Assembly: GCA_030390025.1 (NCBI GenBank) | Contig: CM059432.1 | Span: 116,996,001 to 117,060,000 of the forward strand | Length of the DNA: 64,000 nucleotides | Source of the DNA: Squalus acanthias | Taxonomy: Eukaryota | Direction of reading: 5' to 3' | Made by a program: the position numbers and the translations under genes | The notes under the pieces: generated by a model | What the model saw: the letters and a program-made list of their open reading frames with translations, nothing else | Database searches by the model: none | What the model was told of the DNA's origin: nothing | Part shown: piece by piece, positions 1 through 11,153 of the stretch | Layout: each line of letters starts with the position of its first letter | Position numbering within the stretch: the stretch's first letter is position 1

Positions 1-554
1 AGAGGAAACATCCTCTCCACATCCACCCTGTCCAGACCCCTCAGAAACTTATGGGGGAAAAATTCGGTTGGTTTGCGCCTCCCGTTAGCGCCTTAAGAGG
101 GCGCTAATGGGGCGCAAAGCAACTAGCACCCAGGGCGCGGCGATGTCTGCGCCACTCGCGAAATTGACCAGACATTTTGTGGCGGCGCTAAACACTACCG
201 CTCCGATCTCCTGCGCCCGCAGATCTTGACGTCAGTCGAGCGTGCAACGCCCTTGTGGTGCCCCAGACTGGATATTGAGTGGCAACCCCCTCCTTTCCGC
301 CTGGCGCAAGCAACGACAGGGAGACTGGAACGTTTCCCAGTCGGTGAGGGCTGGGGGGGCGCTATTTACAGGCACCCTCTTCCTGGTTTTTTCTGTGGTA
401 GACATTTTTGCACCACTCATTCTGACAGAGAGAGAGATTCTGAGAGAGAGAAGGAGAGACTTCTGCATAGATTCAACGCTGTGTGAATAGTTTTGGCTAC
501 TGAACATCACTTTGCAGGTACTTTTGGATTTGACCTTCATTACTTCGATTACCT

Positions 555-1701
555 ATGGGGGCTGCACTGATTCGGGGCGTCGTCCTGCGCCTGCAGAATC
601 GGAGGCAACAGAGACGCAGAGAGAGTGGCAATCATGGCCAGAGGGAGGAGGGCCAACAGGCCTCTGTACAGGAGACCTTCCCCTCCCAGGGTATTTCGGC
701 AACAATTCTCCTACATTAATATGTCTGAGGAGCAGTGTTTGTGCAGGCTGCGCTTCAGCAAGGAGGTGGTCACTGAGCTCTGCCACCTGCTGCAGCCAGA
801 TCTGCAGCCTCAACTGAGGACCAGGACGTCTCTGTCGGTGGCAGTGAAGGTCACAGTGGCTCTGAACCTTTATGCCACCGGCTCCTTTCAAGCAGCTACT
901 GGGGTCATCGCCAATATCTCCCAGTTCGCGGTCCATTGCTATATCCGTCAGGTCACAAATGCCCTCTACAAAAGGAGACGCCAGTACATCTCTTTCCTGA
1001 TGACCCAGGCCAAACAGCATGAGCGTGCATTGGGCTTTGCTAGGATAGTGGGCTTCCCCATGGTGCAGGGTGCCATTGACTGCACGCATGTGGCATTGCG
1101 GGCACCGCATGAGAATGCAGAGGTTTTCCGAAACCGCAAGGGGTTCCACTCCTTAAACGTCCAGTTGATCTGTGACCACAGACAGCTGACACTCGCTGTC
1201 AATGCCCGCTATCCTGGCAGCAGCCACGATGCTTTCATCCTGCGCCAGACTGCTGTGCCAGAACTTTTCCAGGCACCGCATCAGCCAAGTGGTTGGCTCC
1301 TCGGGGACAAGGGTTATCCACTCTGCACCTGGCTGATGACACCGCTCCGAAACCCCAGCACCCCTGCTGAGCTGCGGTACAACGAGAGCCATCTCACCAC
1401 CAGGAACATCGTTGAGCAGACGAGCGGCGTGCTCAAGCAATGGTTCCGCTGTCTGTACCACTCAGGAGTAGCCCTGCAGTACTCGCCTGAGCGAGTCTCC
1501 CTCTTCATAGTTGTGTGCTGCATGCTGCATAACCTGGCAATCCTCAGGACCCAGCCAATGCCACGAGGCCTTGGAGCACCACCGGAGGAGGAGGAGGAAG
1601 AGCAGGAGGAAGATCATCAGCAGCACCAAGGCAGGAGGGAGGCCCACAATGTTGAAACTGCAAGGGCCGTCTGTCAACGGCTGATAACAAGCGGCTTCTA
1701 G
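555..1701 (+). CDS. Harbinger (HARBI1-like) DDE transposase
   Basis: ORF 625..1701 has GAIDCTH, YPGSSHDAF, LLGDKGY, RNIVEQT and CCMLHN motifs and an acidic tail. The probable true ATG at 555 (conserved in the copy at 63831) needs one frameshift near 620. Confidence 0.93.
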
Positions 1702-2054
1702 GCCCCTGCTGAGGAAATGGCTTCTGGCATGGCGAGCAACATGAATGAAAGCAACCCGCAACCCCAAAGCCGGCCAAGGCAGCAATGATTCCAAAGGCCA
1801 AACCTGTACATTTTGAATACAAAAACTTTTTATTTTACAAACTCTGTGTGTGTCATTTCTTCATGACAAACTAATAGAAAGAAATACAAAAAAATCATTC
1901 ATTAACATAACTGGTTCTCACAACCTGGAGATAATGGCCAAAACACTAAACAAAAGTTTGAACACGAACCTCGGCCTTTAATAAAAAATTAACCAACATT
2001 TCGTCACTCCTCCTACTTTTTGCCCTTCGAGGGTGATCTCCTTCCCTTGCGCAC

Positions 2055-3770
2055 TTACCCCCTTCCCACCCTACTGCTCCTCCGTAATGGGGCCCCAGTG
2101 GCTGCAGCAAGGCTGGTGGAAGGCTGCTGAATGTCAGAACCTGAGACTGCAGATGCCCTTGAAGGACGGCCTCGACCAGCTCTGGGCCTGGAGGGCCCGG
2201 CTGCAGACTGCACCAACTCTGCATGGGCAGCAGCAGTCTGGGCTACAGGCGGTGGCAAGTGCAATGGGGAAGTGACAGTGGTGGCAGCAGGAATGCTGTC
2301 ATCTTGAGAGAGGACAGCAACTCCCTGCTCGACCGACACACTGGCACTCCCACGGGGCAGCACTTCAGCATCTGGGAGAGCAATCTGCTGGAGCACAGAT
2401 TGCTGGCCTGCTGCGGCGCGGTGAGAGCCCCGGGGCAATGTGTACGAACCGGCGAGAATGGCAGCAGTCAGTGCTTGTGTGGCCTCAATCTGAGTCTGCA
2501 TGAGACCAGTCTGAGATTGAATTATGACAGCCAGTGACTGAATTGCAGCACTAAGCTTTAGCGTGGCATCTGCCTGTGCTACAGCGAAGTACTCCACACA
2601 CCTTGCCAGTGCATCAATGCATTCGGGCACCCTTCCCACTGCACCCATGAGCTGAGTGTGCATGTCCACCGCCTGGGTGTTCATTTCAGCGATGAGCCGT
2701 TCCTCCTCTGTGTCCAGTGCAGCAGGACTCACTGGCATACTCTCCCTCCGGGGAGAAGGCCCCCGAGCTTCCCTAGCCACATCACGTTGTTGCAGCCCGC
2801 TGGGTCCTGGAGCTTCACCCTCATCAGACCCTTCCCCCCTGATCCCCTCCAGGGAAGACGTGTTCCCAGTGTGGGCATGGGCTTCCTCGGGAGAGGGTGG
2901 CGCTGATGCTCTGCCTTCCTTTTCCTCCTCGCCTGTGGCTTCGCTCCCACTGGCAGCTTGAGAGCCCGTCTCCTCAGCTGGTGAATCACCATCTGAAAGC
3001 AGGGAGGTACAAGAGTGGCTGTAGCGTGAGGACAGGGGGGCAGTAAGGGAGGAAGGAGTGCAGCGATTTAGTAAGTTGGATTGATTGTGTCAAAGGCTGG
3101 TGTTGTGAGGGACAAGTGGAATGACAGAGGACAAAAAGGTGATGACCTTATCATTGCTGTCCCGAACGGGGATGGCCTCTCCAGGGGCGACGGGACCGAA
3201 CACCTGGCTTGCCACAATCCTGTGGACGCGCGCCTCATGATCGCTGAGGGGTTGCAGCTGAGGCTGCCCTCCACCCGTCCGTTGCTGCTGTCTCCTATTA
3301 TGAGATAGCTTGGCCTGCAAGAAAAAGGATGGCGTCTGAGTAAATATACAGCCATGGTCTTGCCTGACGTGCCTCCCATAGTTGAATAGCCTTTAATGTA
3401 TGCAACCATGGTCTTGCCTGATGTGCCTCCCATAATTGAATAGCCCTTAATGTATGCAGCCATGGTCTTGCCTGATGTGCCTCCCATAGGTGAATAGCCT
3501 TTACTGTATGCAAAGTGTGGAATGTGCATGTGTGTTTCATGAGAGGGCCATAGGTGTTGGATGAGTGTTGGGCATTGGGGTTTTAATACCCTCTGGCCAT
3601 AGAGTGAGGTTGAGATGTAAGGATGGGGAAATATTGAAAAAAAGCCACTCACCCTGACGACCTTAGTGAGGTCGTTGAACTTTTTGCGACATTGAGTATG
3701 GGTCCTGGTCACCATGCTCCTGGAGGAGACGTGCTGAGCCACCTCCCTCCACACTCTTCTGTAGTCGTGC
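2055..3770 (-). pseudogene. Spliced Myb/SANT (trihelix) Harbinger partner gene, 5'-truncated
   Basis: Exon ~3770-3653 (VWREVAQHV...QCRKKFNDL, donor GTGAGT); exon 3314-~3150 (AKLSHNRRQQQRTGGG); exon 2992-2055 (coiled-coil, ends LRRSSRVGRG). Same architecture as the copies at 49300 and 57750-60130. Confidence 0.85.
3349..3510. repeat. 54-bp tandem repeat, 3 copies, in the Myb gene intron
   Basis: Unit CAGCCATGGTCTTGCCTGAYGTGCCTCCCATA...TGAATAGCC.TTA.TGTATG occurs three times. Confidence 0.9.
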
Positions 3771-4197
3771 GGAGACCCCAGAGTATAAAGAGAGAGAGAG
3801 TGGAGACCGCAGAGGATAAAGAGAGAGAGAGAGCGGAGACCCGAGAGTATAAAGAGAGAGAGCGGAGATCCCAGAGTATAAAGAGAGAGAGCGGAGACCC
3901 GAGAGTATAAAGAGAGAGAGAGTGGAGACCTGAGAGTATAAAGAGAGAGAGAGCGGAGACCCGATAATATAAAGAGAGAGAGAGCGGAGACCTGAGAATA
4001 TAAAGAGAGAGAGAGCGGAGACCCCAGAGTATAAAGAGAGAGAGCGCGGAGACCCCAGAGTATAAAGAGAGAGAGAGCGGAGACCCCAGAGTATAAAGAG
4101 AGAGAGAGAGCGGAGACCCCAGAGTATAAAGAGAGAGAGAGAGCGGAGACCCGAGAGTATAAAGAGAGAGAGAGCGGAGACCTAAGAGTATAAAGAA
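3769..4197. repeat. GA-rich satellite, left block (~31-bp monomer)
   Basis: Monomer GCGGAGACCC(C/G)AGAGTATAAA(GA)n, the same as the large block from 12172. Confidence 0.97.
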
Positions 4198-5215
4198 TGA
4201 AAGGATTCGCAAAATTTCATGTGTTCCCCCCCCGAAGATTTTTGTTGTTGGACTTATTAATAAAGAAACCCTGGTCAGACTGAGTTTTAAAATCCAGGGC
4301 ATAAAATGGCCGTGGTCGGACCTCGTGACCGAGAGCCTGGCAGTTTCATTTCAGACGCTGGGAAGCCATCAGCTCGTGTATTCCGATGTCAGCAACAGGA
4401 CAGGACCTTTCCTTATGCATTACAATCAGGTCTATGCATAAGGCTTTCAAGGTGTTTGCTCAAGTAATCGGCGGGGACATTGAGACGGGGCTGGGCCCAT
4501 CAACGGAACTGTTCTGGACAAACATCCAACCTGTCGAACAATAGGATGGCAGTTGAAGAACTGGTATCACACCATTACCGGCCATCTAACATGATGGGCC
4601 GAGACCAGTACCTTTTGTTAAAATTCATCATGCCCAGATCAGACAATAGAAATGAGCTGATCGGTAGGAAGATTAGGGCGACCGGAGGGGGTATAACTGG
4701 GAAGACCCAACCATTTTTCTCTCTCTCTGCCTGGACCCTCGGTTCGCTCTGTCTGCCAGCAGCTAAGTAAGAAGACTACCAGAAACTTCGGAGCCACGTG
4801 TCGACGGCAGAAACAGAGCACAAGGCCAGGTTTTTCCATCCATTTCAACGGTGAGCATTATCTTCTGGCTGTCGCAAAACAATTCTAGTTAGGCATAAGG
4901 GTGGGGAATAATGGGGATATTGTTAAAATTGTAATTTTAGGATTTTCCCTCGATGTGTCCGTTCTCTTCCCATGCTTAGTGTAAAACCGTCTTCATATGA
5001 TACTGTTTCTCTGTAGTTTTACTTCTGTAAATAAACATTGGTTTTCCTCGCACCAATCCACGAGTCTGTTCGTTTGTCCTTATCGCCGCTCGATAAGTCC
5101 TGGGCTCAGAACTAAAAATAAAGGGGTAGCGATTTGCAACCGCACAGCGGGCAGGCAGTCCAGGAAAACATAACTGGCTGACCTACAAATAAGCCCGAGA
5201 CAAAAACCCCTTACA
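4198..5215 (+). repeat. 5' LTR
   Basis: TGAAAGG...CCTTACA, a direct repeat of 11154..12171; AATAAA at ~5030 and ~5117. Confidence 0.96.
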
Positions 5216-5218
5216 GAA

Positions 5219-7142
5219 ATGGCGAGCCAGCCAGGAGCCCAGGCGAAAGCGTGTGTTAAGGCAGACCATGTTGTAGAGGAGGAATCCGCAATGGAGCGTA
5301 GGTTATCGACCTATGTGTGCGGAAAAGTAAATATCGCAAAAAAATGGGTGTGCGATATGTTAAAAGCCGAGCGCCCCCTAGATGCAGCTGCCCAGTGGAC
5401 AGCAAGTAAAGAGTACAGGAGAGGTATTGAAAAGGCGGTCTGGCTCATGTGTTTGAAAAAGCAGGTTTTAATGTTAGACCGTGCTGTTGCAACACGAGCA
5501 GCCAAGATCAAACAGTTGACCCGAGAGCTGCAGGAAAAGACTGCAGCGGAGGAGAAAGTAATCGCGGCCCTCCAGGCAGTAAGCCAAGAGAGGGCATAGG
5601 CGGCGCGGGATCATCAGGCTGAGTTAGAGCGTATGAGGGCCCGCGCCGTTGAAGCTCAAAGGGAACACCAGGCAAAGTCAGAGCGCCTGGAAGACCGGAT
5701 CGCTGAGCTCAAAGGTAGCGCTAGGCACAGGATGGAACACCTGGAATACCAGGTCAGAGAAATGAGAGGTAGTGAGGTTAGATTAATGGACAAGATTTCC
5801 AGCCTCACGCAAGAATTGAAAGAGCAGGAGGAGAAAGTAGGCGAAGTAAAAGCAGCATATAAGCTGGCTTGTGCCCAGGGGTTTGAAGACGCCGATCACG
5901 GCCCCTGTAGGCAAGAAATCGAAAGCTTGGGCATGGCCTTAGTAAGGGCGAAGGGCATGGTATGCCTCATTAGCCCGAAGACGGGCCAGTTGGATTTTAC
6001 TGGCAACCCAAGCAGGGAAGTCCCACAGGCAGCTCCCAGAAAGGCACTGGTTAGGGAATCAGAGGTTTCACGACCGCCACCCATAGCCCCGAGTTTTCAG
6101 GAGGCCTGGCAGCAAGAGGGGGTGGAGGATGGAGCATTAGGGGAGACCCAGCAGGCCCTAGGGGATAGACCGGGTCCGGGACCAGTGTACCCCCTCAAAC
6201 AACGGAGGTACGGCCCGCCAGCCGATGGCGAGGACCTAGGGGCCATCCAGAACCAGTTTGTAGTGCTGCATGGTACCCAACAGCTCAGAGCCATGGTTGG
6301 ACACATCCCTAAGCTCACAGTGAGGGGGGACCCCTCTCTACATTTCTGGGAGATAGAACAGGCAGCGTGCGTGAATGACTGCGATGAGGCAGAAGAAGCA
6401 AAAATGCTGCTGTTCTCTCTGGGTAGTGATCTCCTCCAAACCCTATCGGATGAGTGTAAGAAGGGACAGAAAGACTACGAGGAGTTAAGGGATGAGATAT
6501 TGGAGGCCATGGGACTAAATGATGGGAGTCCGTTCGCCCGAGTGGAAAAAACGGTACAGCTCCCCGGGGAGTCCCCGCAGGCATTCGCAGACAGGCTGTG
6601 GCCAGTCTACCAGAGCGCGTGCCCGGGAACGCCAGTGCGGACGTTCCTAAACAGAGACCAATCAGCCCACTGGCTCCGTTGTCTCATGACAAACTGCCTG
6701 CCCCAAATCCGAGCCCAGGCTGCGGCCTGGTTTGACCCCCGAAACCCCCAGCCACCGATAAACGGTGATCCGCCAGCTCACGGTAGCATTTAGAAATAAT
6801 GGGAGGGGAATTGAGACGCCCCAGCCCAAAGGGAAAGTCCACGAGGTTAAACCTGGGGGCCAGAATAAGAAAGAGTGGCACCAGGAGGGAAACCGTCCCT
6901 CCCAGAATAAGTTAAACTGCTATGGCTGCGGGAAGGACGGCCACTGGCGCAAAGATTGCAAAAACCCCTGGAAGGACACCAAGGGAAAGAGCTCCACAGC
7001 TCCAGGCCCAAAGGTAGACACTGGGACCCCCACAGTAGAGAGCATTCTAGAAGCACTGCGGGTTCTCCTGACCAGTCCGGGGAAGGTAGCAACAGCCACT
7101 GGCGCATTGATCCCATCAGCCCAATACAACCCAGACCTATGA
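5219..7142 (+). pseudogene. gag: Gag with long N-terminal coiled-coil, capsid-like region and CCHC knuckle
   Basis: ORFs 5219..5599 and 5633..6793 are in the same frame, split by a TAG. A frameshift near 6760 leads into 6765..7142, which contains CYGCGKDGHWRKDC. Confidence 0.85.
5220..5237 (+). promoter_or_regulatory. Primer binding site for tRNA-Arg(ACG)
   Basis: TGGCGAGCCAGCCAGGAG, 4 nt after the LTR, is the complement of the vertebrate tRNA-Arg(ACG) 3' end CTCCTGGCTGGCTCGCCA (recalled from memory). Confidence 0.88.
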
Positions 7143-8234
7143 CTAGAACCAGCGCAGCCTGTCCACCTGTGTTCCCCGGGATACGATGTTAAGAAGGGGG
7201 TGGAGAAAGTGCAGGGGAGATGTTTAGTGGACACCGGAGCTGCCTGCACGGTGGTCCATTCGGAAGACCCGACCAATTCACCCAGGTCTAACGGGGTCCC
7301 GTACAGTTTAATGGGATTCACAGGGAACAAGCAGGCCGGGGCAATGTCCAAACCTTTGGACATAGATTTAGGATCCCTCCATACCACGTAGGAGGGTAAC
7401 CAAAAGGCCAACAAGTCGGCCAAGCAGGGGGCCAGGGAAGGAGAGTTCTGGGATCCCCGTAAAGCAGGTCCGGTAGCCGCAATCCGGGGCAAGGGAGGCA
7501 CACAGGAGGTAGCTTTGGCCCCGGACTTAAAGCAGGTCCAAGCCCAGGATCCCGTCCTTAAGGCCGTCCTGGTAAAGAGAGAGAATGGGGAGTCCCTAGA
7601 ATGTCCGTTTGAGGCAATGGACAAGGTTTTAAAACAGGTTAACTGGCAGGCTGCTAGCAGCATTAACCAGTGCAAACTGTTTAAACCTGACAAAGGGGAG
7701 GAGCCAGCAAGTCTCAGCTCACAGGCAACACACGCAGGTACTGTTGCGGGCGTTGAGGGAGGAGTCACCCAGGCCCCTGTTCAAACCACCCCCCCTCTCT
7801 TCTGGGACTCAGGTGGGGAGGAGGAGGAGCCCGAACCAGATAGGCCCACCCCCGACCCAGGTTTTGAACCTGGAGGCGAGGACTCTCAGCCAACAGCAGC
7901 AGGCAGCGAGGGATTGCCTGTCCCCAGCTCAGACTTGGGAGGGGAGGAGCCACGGGGGAAAAGCCCCCAGCCAGCGAGGACTGCGGCCCACGGCAAAGGT
8001 CCACTCGCCAGGGTAGCCCCACCTATAGCACTTCCTGAGAAGTCCCCTCGGACACCCCAACCTAGGAAGGCATGGTCGCCGACTCTCCAGTTTAAAGGGG
8101 CGACCTCCCGAGCAAAAGTTAGGTTAAAAGACACAGGTCCCCAGCCAACAGTCGCAGGCTGTGAAGGACCAGAAGTAAGGGTCCGTACAGCCACGCTGCA
8201 GGGAGCAGCCTGCCGCAGTCCTAACAGAGCTTAA
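7143..8234 (+). pseudogene. pol: Internally deleted pro-pol remnant
   Basis: In frame with gag after the TGA: CLVDTGAACTVV (aspartic protease N-half), a TAG, EGNQKANKSAK (RNase H C-terminal-like), QDPVLKAV, SINQCKLF (integrase C-terminal-like) and a Pro-rich tail. No YxDD and no integrase DDE core. Confidence 0.75.
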
Positions 8235-8454
8235 GCTAGCCGCTCAGAGACGGGCGGCAAATGTACAGAACTTGGTCTGAGAAGTTTGTAGTTTTAAGTT
8301 AGATTGTTGAGTTTGATTTTAAGGTGCGGAACCGTATAGCAGTTTTAAGATGGAACCGTTCCAGTGTATGTGTGTTTGTCCATGTGAGCTGAGGTCGAGG
8401 GACCCGCTCACACTTCACCCCAGCCAAGGAGCCTATAGGGAGCCTGGCTAGATG

Positions 8455-8471
8455 TTCTTTATTTTTTTCAG
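8455..8471 (+). promoter_or_regulatory. Putative env splice acceptor
   Basis: TTCTTTATTTTTTTCAG ends 16 nt upstream of the ATG at 8488 that begins a signal-peptide-like segment. Confidence 0.65.
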
Positions 8472-8487
8472 GCAATTAAAAAGGGAA

Positions 8488-10807
8488 ATGTTCGGAGGCC
8501 TGATCTTGCTCGCCCTGTCTGGGCTGAGCCTCGTGAGAAGGGGCGACACCGAGGACCACCGCATCTTCGATGCTCCGGAAGGACGGCGCCCCTAGCCCAC
8601 GATGGAAGTGGCCTACGCGAGGCGGATGAAATTGCCTCGTATACTCACGAGGGGAGCTGGCCTGGATGGCTGGGGTCAAACTCGACCCAGTACTCGAGCC
8701 AGACCGGTTTTACATATGGGGAGGCCTCCCTCCATTGCCCGAGGATACGGATCGTCACCCCAAGGATCAGTGTCACCGTGGGCAAAAGGATTTGTTTATT
8801 ATGTAAGGGCAACGTTCCCCTGGATAGGTGGTGGTGGCTCAGAAAATTAAGCAAAGACATGGGGAACCCCAGGGTAGAATGGGAAAGGTTAGGGAACGAC
8901 ACCCACAGGACCATCACGGGGACCCAGGGAGGGTTAAGTGTGTGCTGGGACAAATGGTGGGAACCGGATCAGGGGATCTATGTCTGCATGTGGGGTTCAG
9001 AGAGAGTCTGCCCCACGGGCGTTTCCATCATTTTCCACAGCCAGTGGCAGGATAACGGGAGGGGGATGGACTGGGGGTCGCGCCTGGATGCATGCGCGAT
9101 CCCATACTCCCCAATCTCGGTTAATGCCACTGAATTACTGACCTGTCCCCGACAGCCCCTGCCCACGACCCCGACATCACAGACTGTAGCAGAGGGATGC
9201 CCCGCCACCACCAAGGGACCAGGGAATGGCCTGGTGCTGGTACCCACAGACCAGGTGCTCTATCAAGGGGTGCATTACGCGGTGGCCTCGGTGATCTTAA
9301 ATCTCACTGAGGTGCACTTGCCCGCGTATCAAGCCCTCTTAAGGGAAACATTTCAAAAGTTTTACGAATTCGATTTTGCGGAGATCGATAAGACCAAATT
9401 GTATATACATAGCCACGAGGCTTGGGACGGGGTGGGGAGACAGAGAAGGGGTACTGTTAATGATGTTTTAACGGGTTTTAATGCGGGATCTTCAGTTATT
9501 AATAGTTTAGACCACATTGAACTGCAGACGCAGATCAACGGTCTGAAGACCCAATTAAAGAAGGTCTTAACTGATGAGAATAAGGTAGTGGGTTCGGAAC
9601 TGCATGAAGACCAGGCCATGACTCTCCATCTAAAGGAGATCATAGCGGAGCTGGAGATACATGCAAAGACGGTGAATGCGCTCATTAGGGAGGATCGGAA
9701 TGCGTCCGATCAAGCTGCGCAGAACGAGGTGTGTGTACTGAACGGGGCATGGTTGCTGGGTGAGGGCCGCAGAAATCTGGAGGACTTAAAACAGGGTTTG
9801 GTCCCCTCCTGGATCAGCAACAAGCACCTCGCAGCCCTCCACCCTTTTGAGAACGCATTAAGCCCGTGCCAGCTCCGACTAGCTTCCGAGGCCTATCCAG
9901 TCCCAGTGGACTGTGGACGTTCCAACCACACTATCATGGGGATAATAGTAAGGATGTCGGTCATGGGCGGGACGGCCCGACCCGTGCCGGTATACAGGGT
10001 GGAGAACATTGGTGTCATTCAGGGGTGTGTACACGTTCGTTTTGCAGCGGTCCCGCCCTACGTCATAAAGTGGGATCACGCTATGACGGGTACTGACCTC
10101 TCGGGGTGCTGTAGCCGGGGAGCACACATCATCCTGTGTCCCCAGCACTTGAATGCCTATTCGAAACCACAATGCGGGTTCAGAGCTGCTGACGCGAAAC
10201 CTATAAATTGTACCATGGAAGCCATGGCACAAGGCCATGTTCCCCCACAGGTAGCATATATAGGAGGTGGGACATATTGCGTCACCACAGGAGCGTCTCA
10301 CTACCAGCATGGACAGCACAGTTGGTGCGCGGTGAGTGACAGCAGCTTCTGCTTTAAACCCAAGGCAGAAGTTCAAGTGGCCCAGGAACGAATTGTCCCC
10401 ATTCCTGAACCATCCACGGTTCACCTAACTGTAAGAAAGAATTTCACCAACCTCCAAAAGTATGTGGCTCACTTCGGCTACCAGATTCCCCCTCTCCCAG
10501 AACACCTCATTAAACTATTAAGGGCCTAGTAGTGTCGCAAAAGCATTTTTATACACTGGAGCAGAAGACTATCCAGATAGTGGCCGATATTCTGGATATT
10601 ATGACCCCACCCTGGTGGGACATCTTTGAGAATATCGAGGTCACCTCCTGGATTCGTCTGGCATCACACACGCTCGTAATTTGTCAGCTCGGGATCGTCC
10701 TCTACCTGGTTTGCGTCCAGTGTAGGAAAAGGGGTCCCGAGGCAGTAGCAAGAACCCAAAGGGTCTGGAGGGACCAGTATGCTCGGGTAGATGAGACACT
10801 CGCGTGA
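8488..10807 (+). pseudogene. env: Envelope / class I F-type fusion glycoprotein with two frameshifts
   Basis: Signal-like MFGGLILLALSGLSLV, an Ig-like segment, furin site RQRR (9438-9449), fusion peptide GTVNDVLTGFNAG, a heptad repeat and a long Cys-rich region. After a frameshift at ~10527 come HR2, PPWW and a TM segment (LASHTLVICQLGIVLYLVCV). Confidence 0.85.
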
Positions 10808-11153
10808 ATTCCGTGTCACACCACTTGCGAGTGATGGTGGCCTAATTTTATTATTTTTAATAAAGATGGTCCCCTCCGTTTGTTGTTTTTTTTTTTGTTT
10901 GATTAAAAAAAACTGTTTTATCCCAAGTGGTGCAGGGGTATGTTGGACCTCCTCCGTGCTGGGATTACTGGAAAAGAATTTGTTTCCTATCTAAAATGCC
11001 TGCTGTACACTGTGGTTATTCTCCAAGTGGGGGAATGTACGTGTCGGGGGAATTAGGATAGGTAAATAAAGGAGAAGGTTGTTTGCGACAGTCAGAAATT
11101 TTGTTCACCTCGTATGGACACTTCAAGCAAGTTTAAGTCTCCACAGGGGGTAC

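Larger units (their letters stand above)
53..3770 (+). mobile_element. PIF/Harbinger DNA transposon, right end lost at the satellite
   Basis: Starts GGGGGAAAAATTCGGTTGG right after a CR1-like fragment (1..52); a sibling end lies at 63343. Contains convergent transposase and Myb/SANT genes. No matching right TIR was found. Confidence 0.88.

Noticed and set aside
625..1701. Host HARBI1 gene
   Set aside because: It sits in a transposon with a multi-copy terminus and a Myb partner, and has a probable 5' frameshift.
3068..3754. Single 228-aa Myb ORF with 18-aa repeats
   Set aside because: It reads through a GTGAGT intron; the repeats are intronic.
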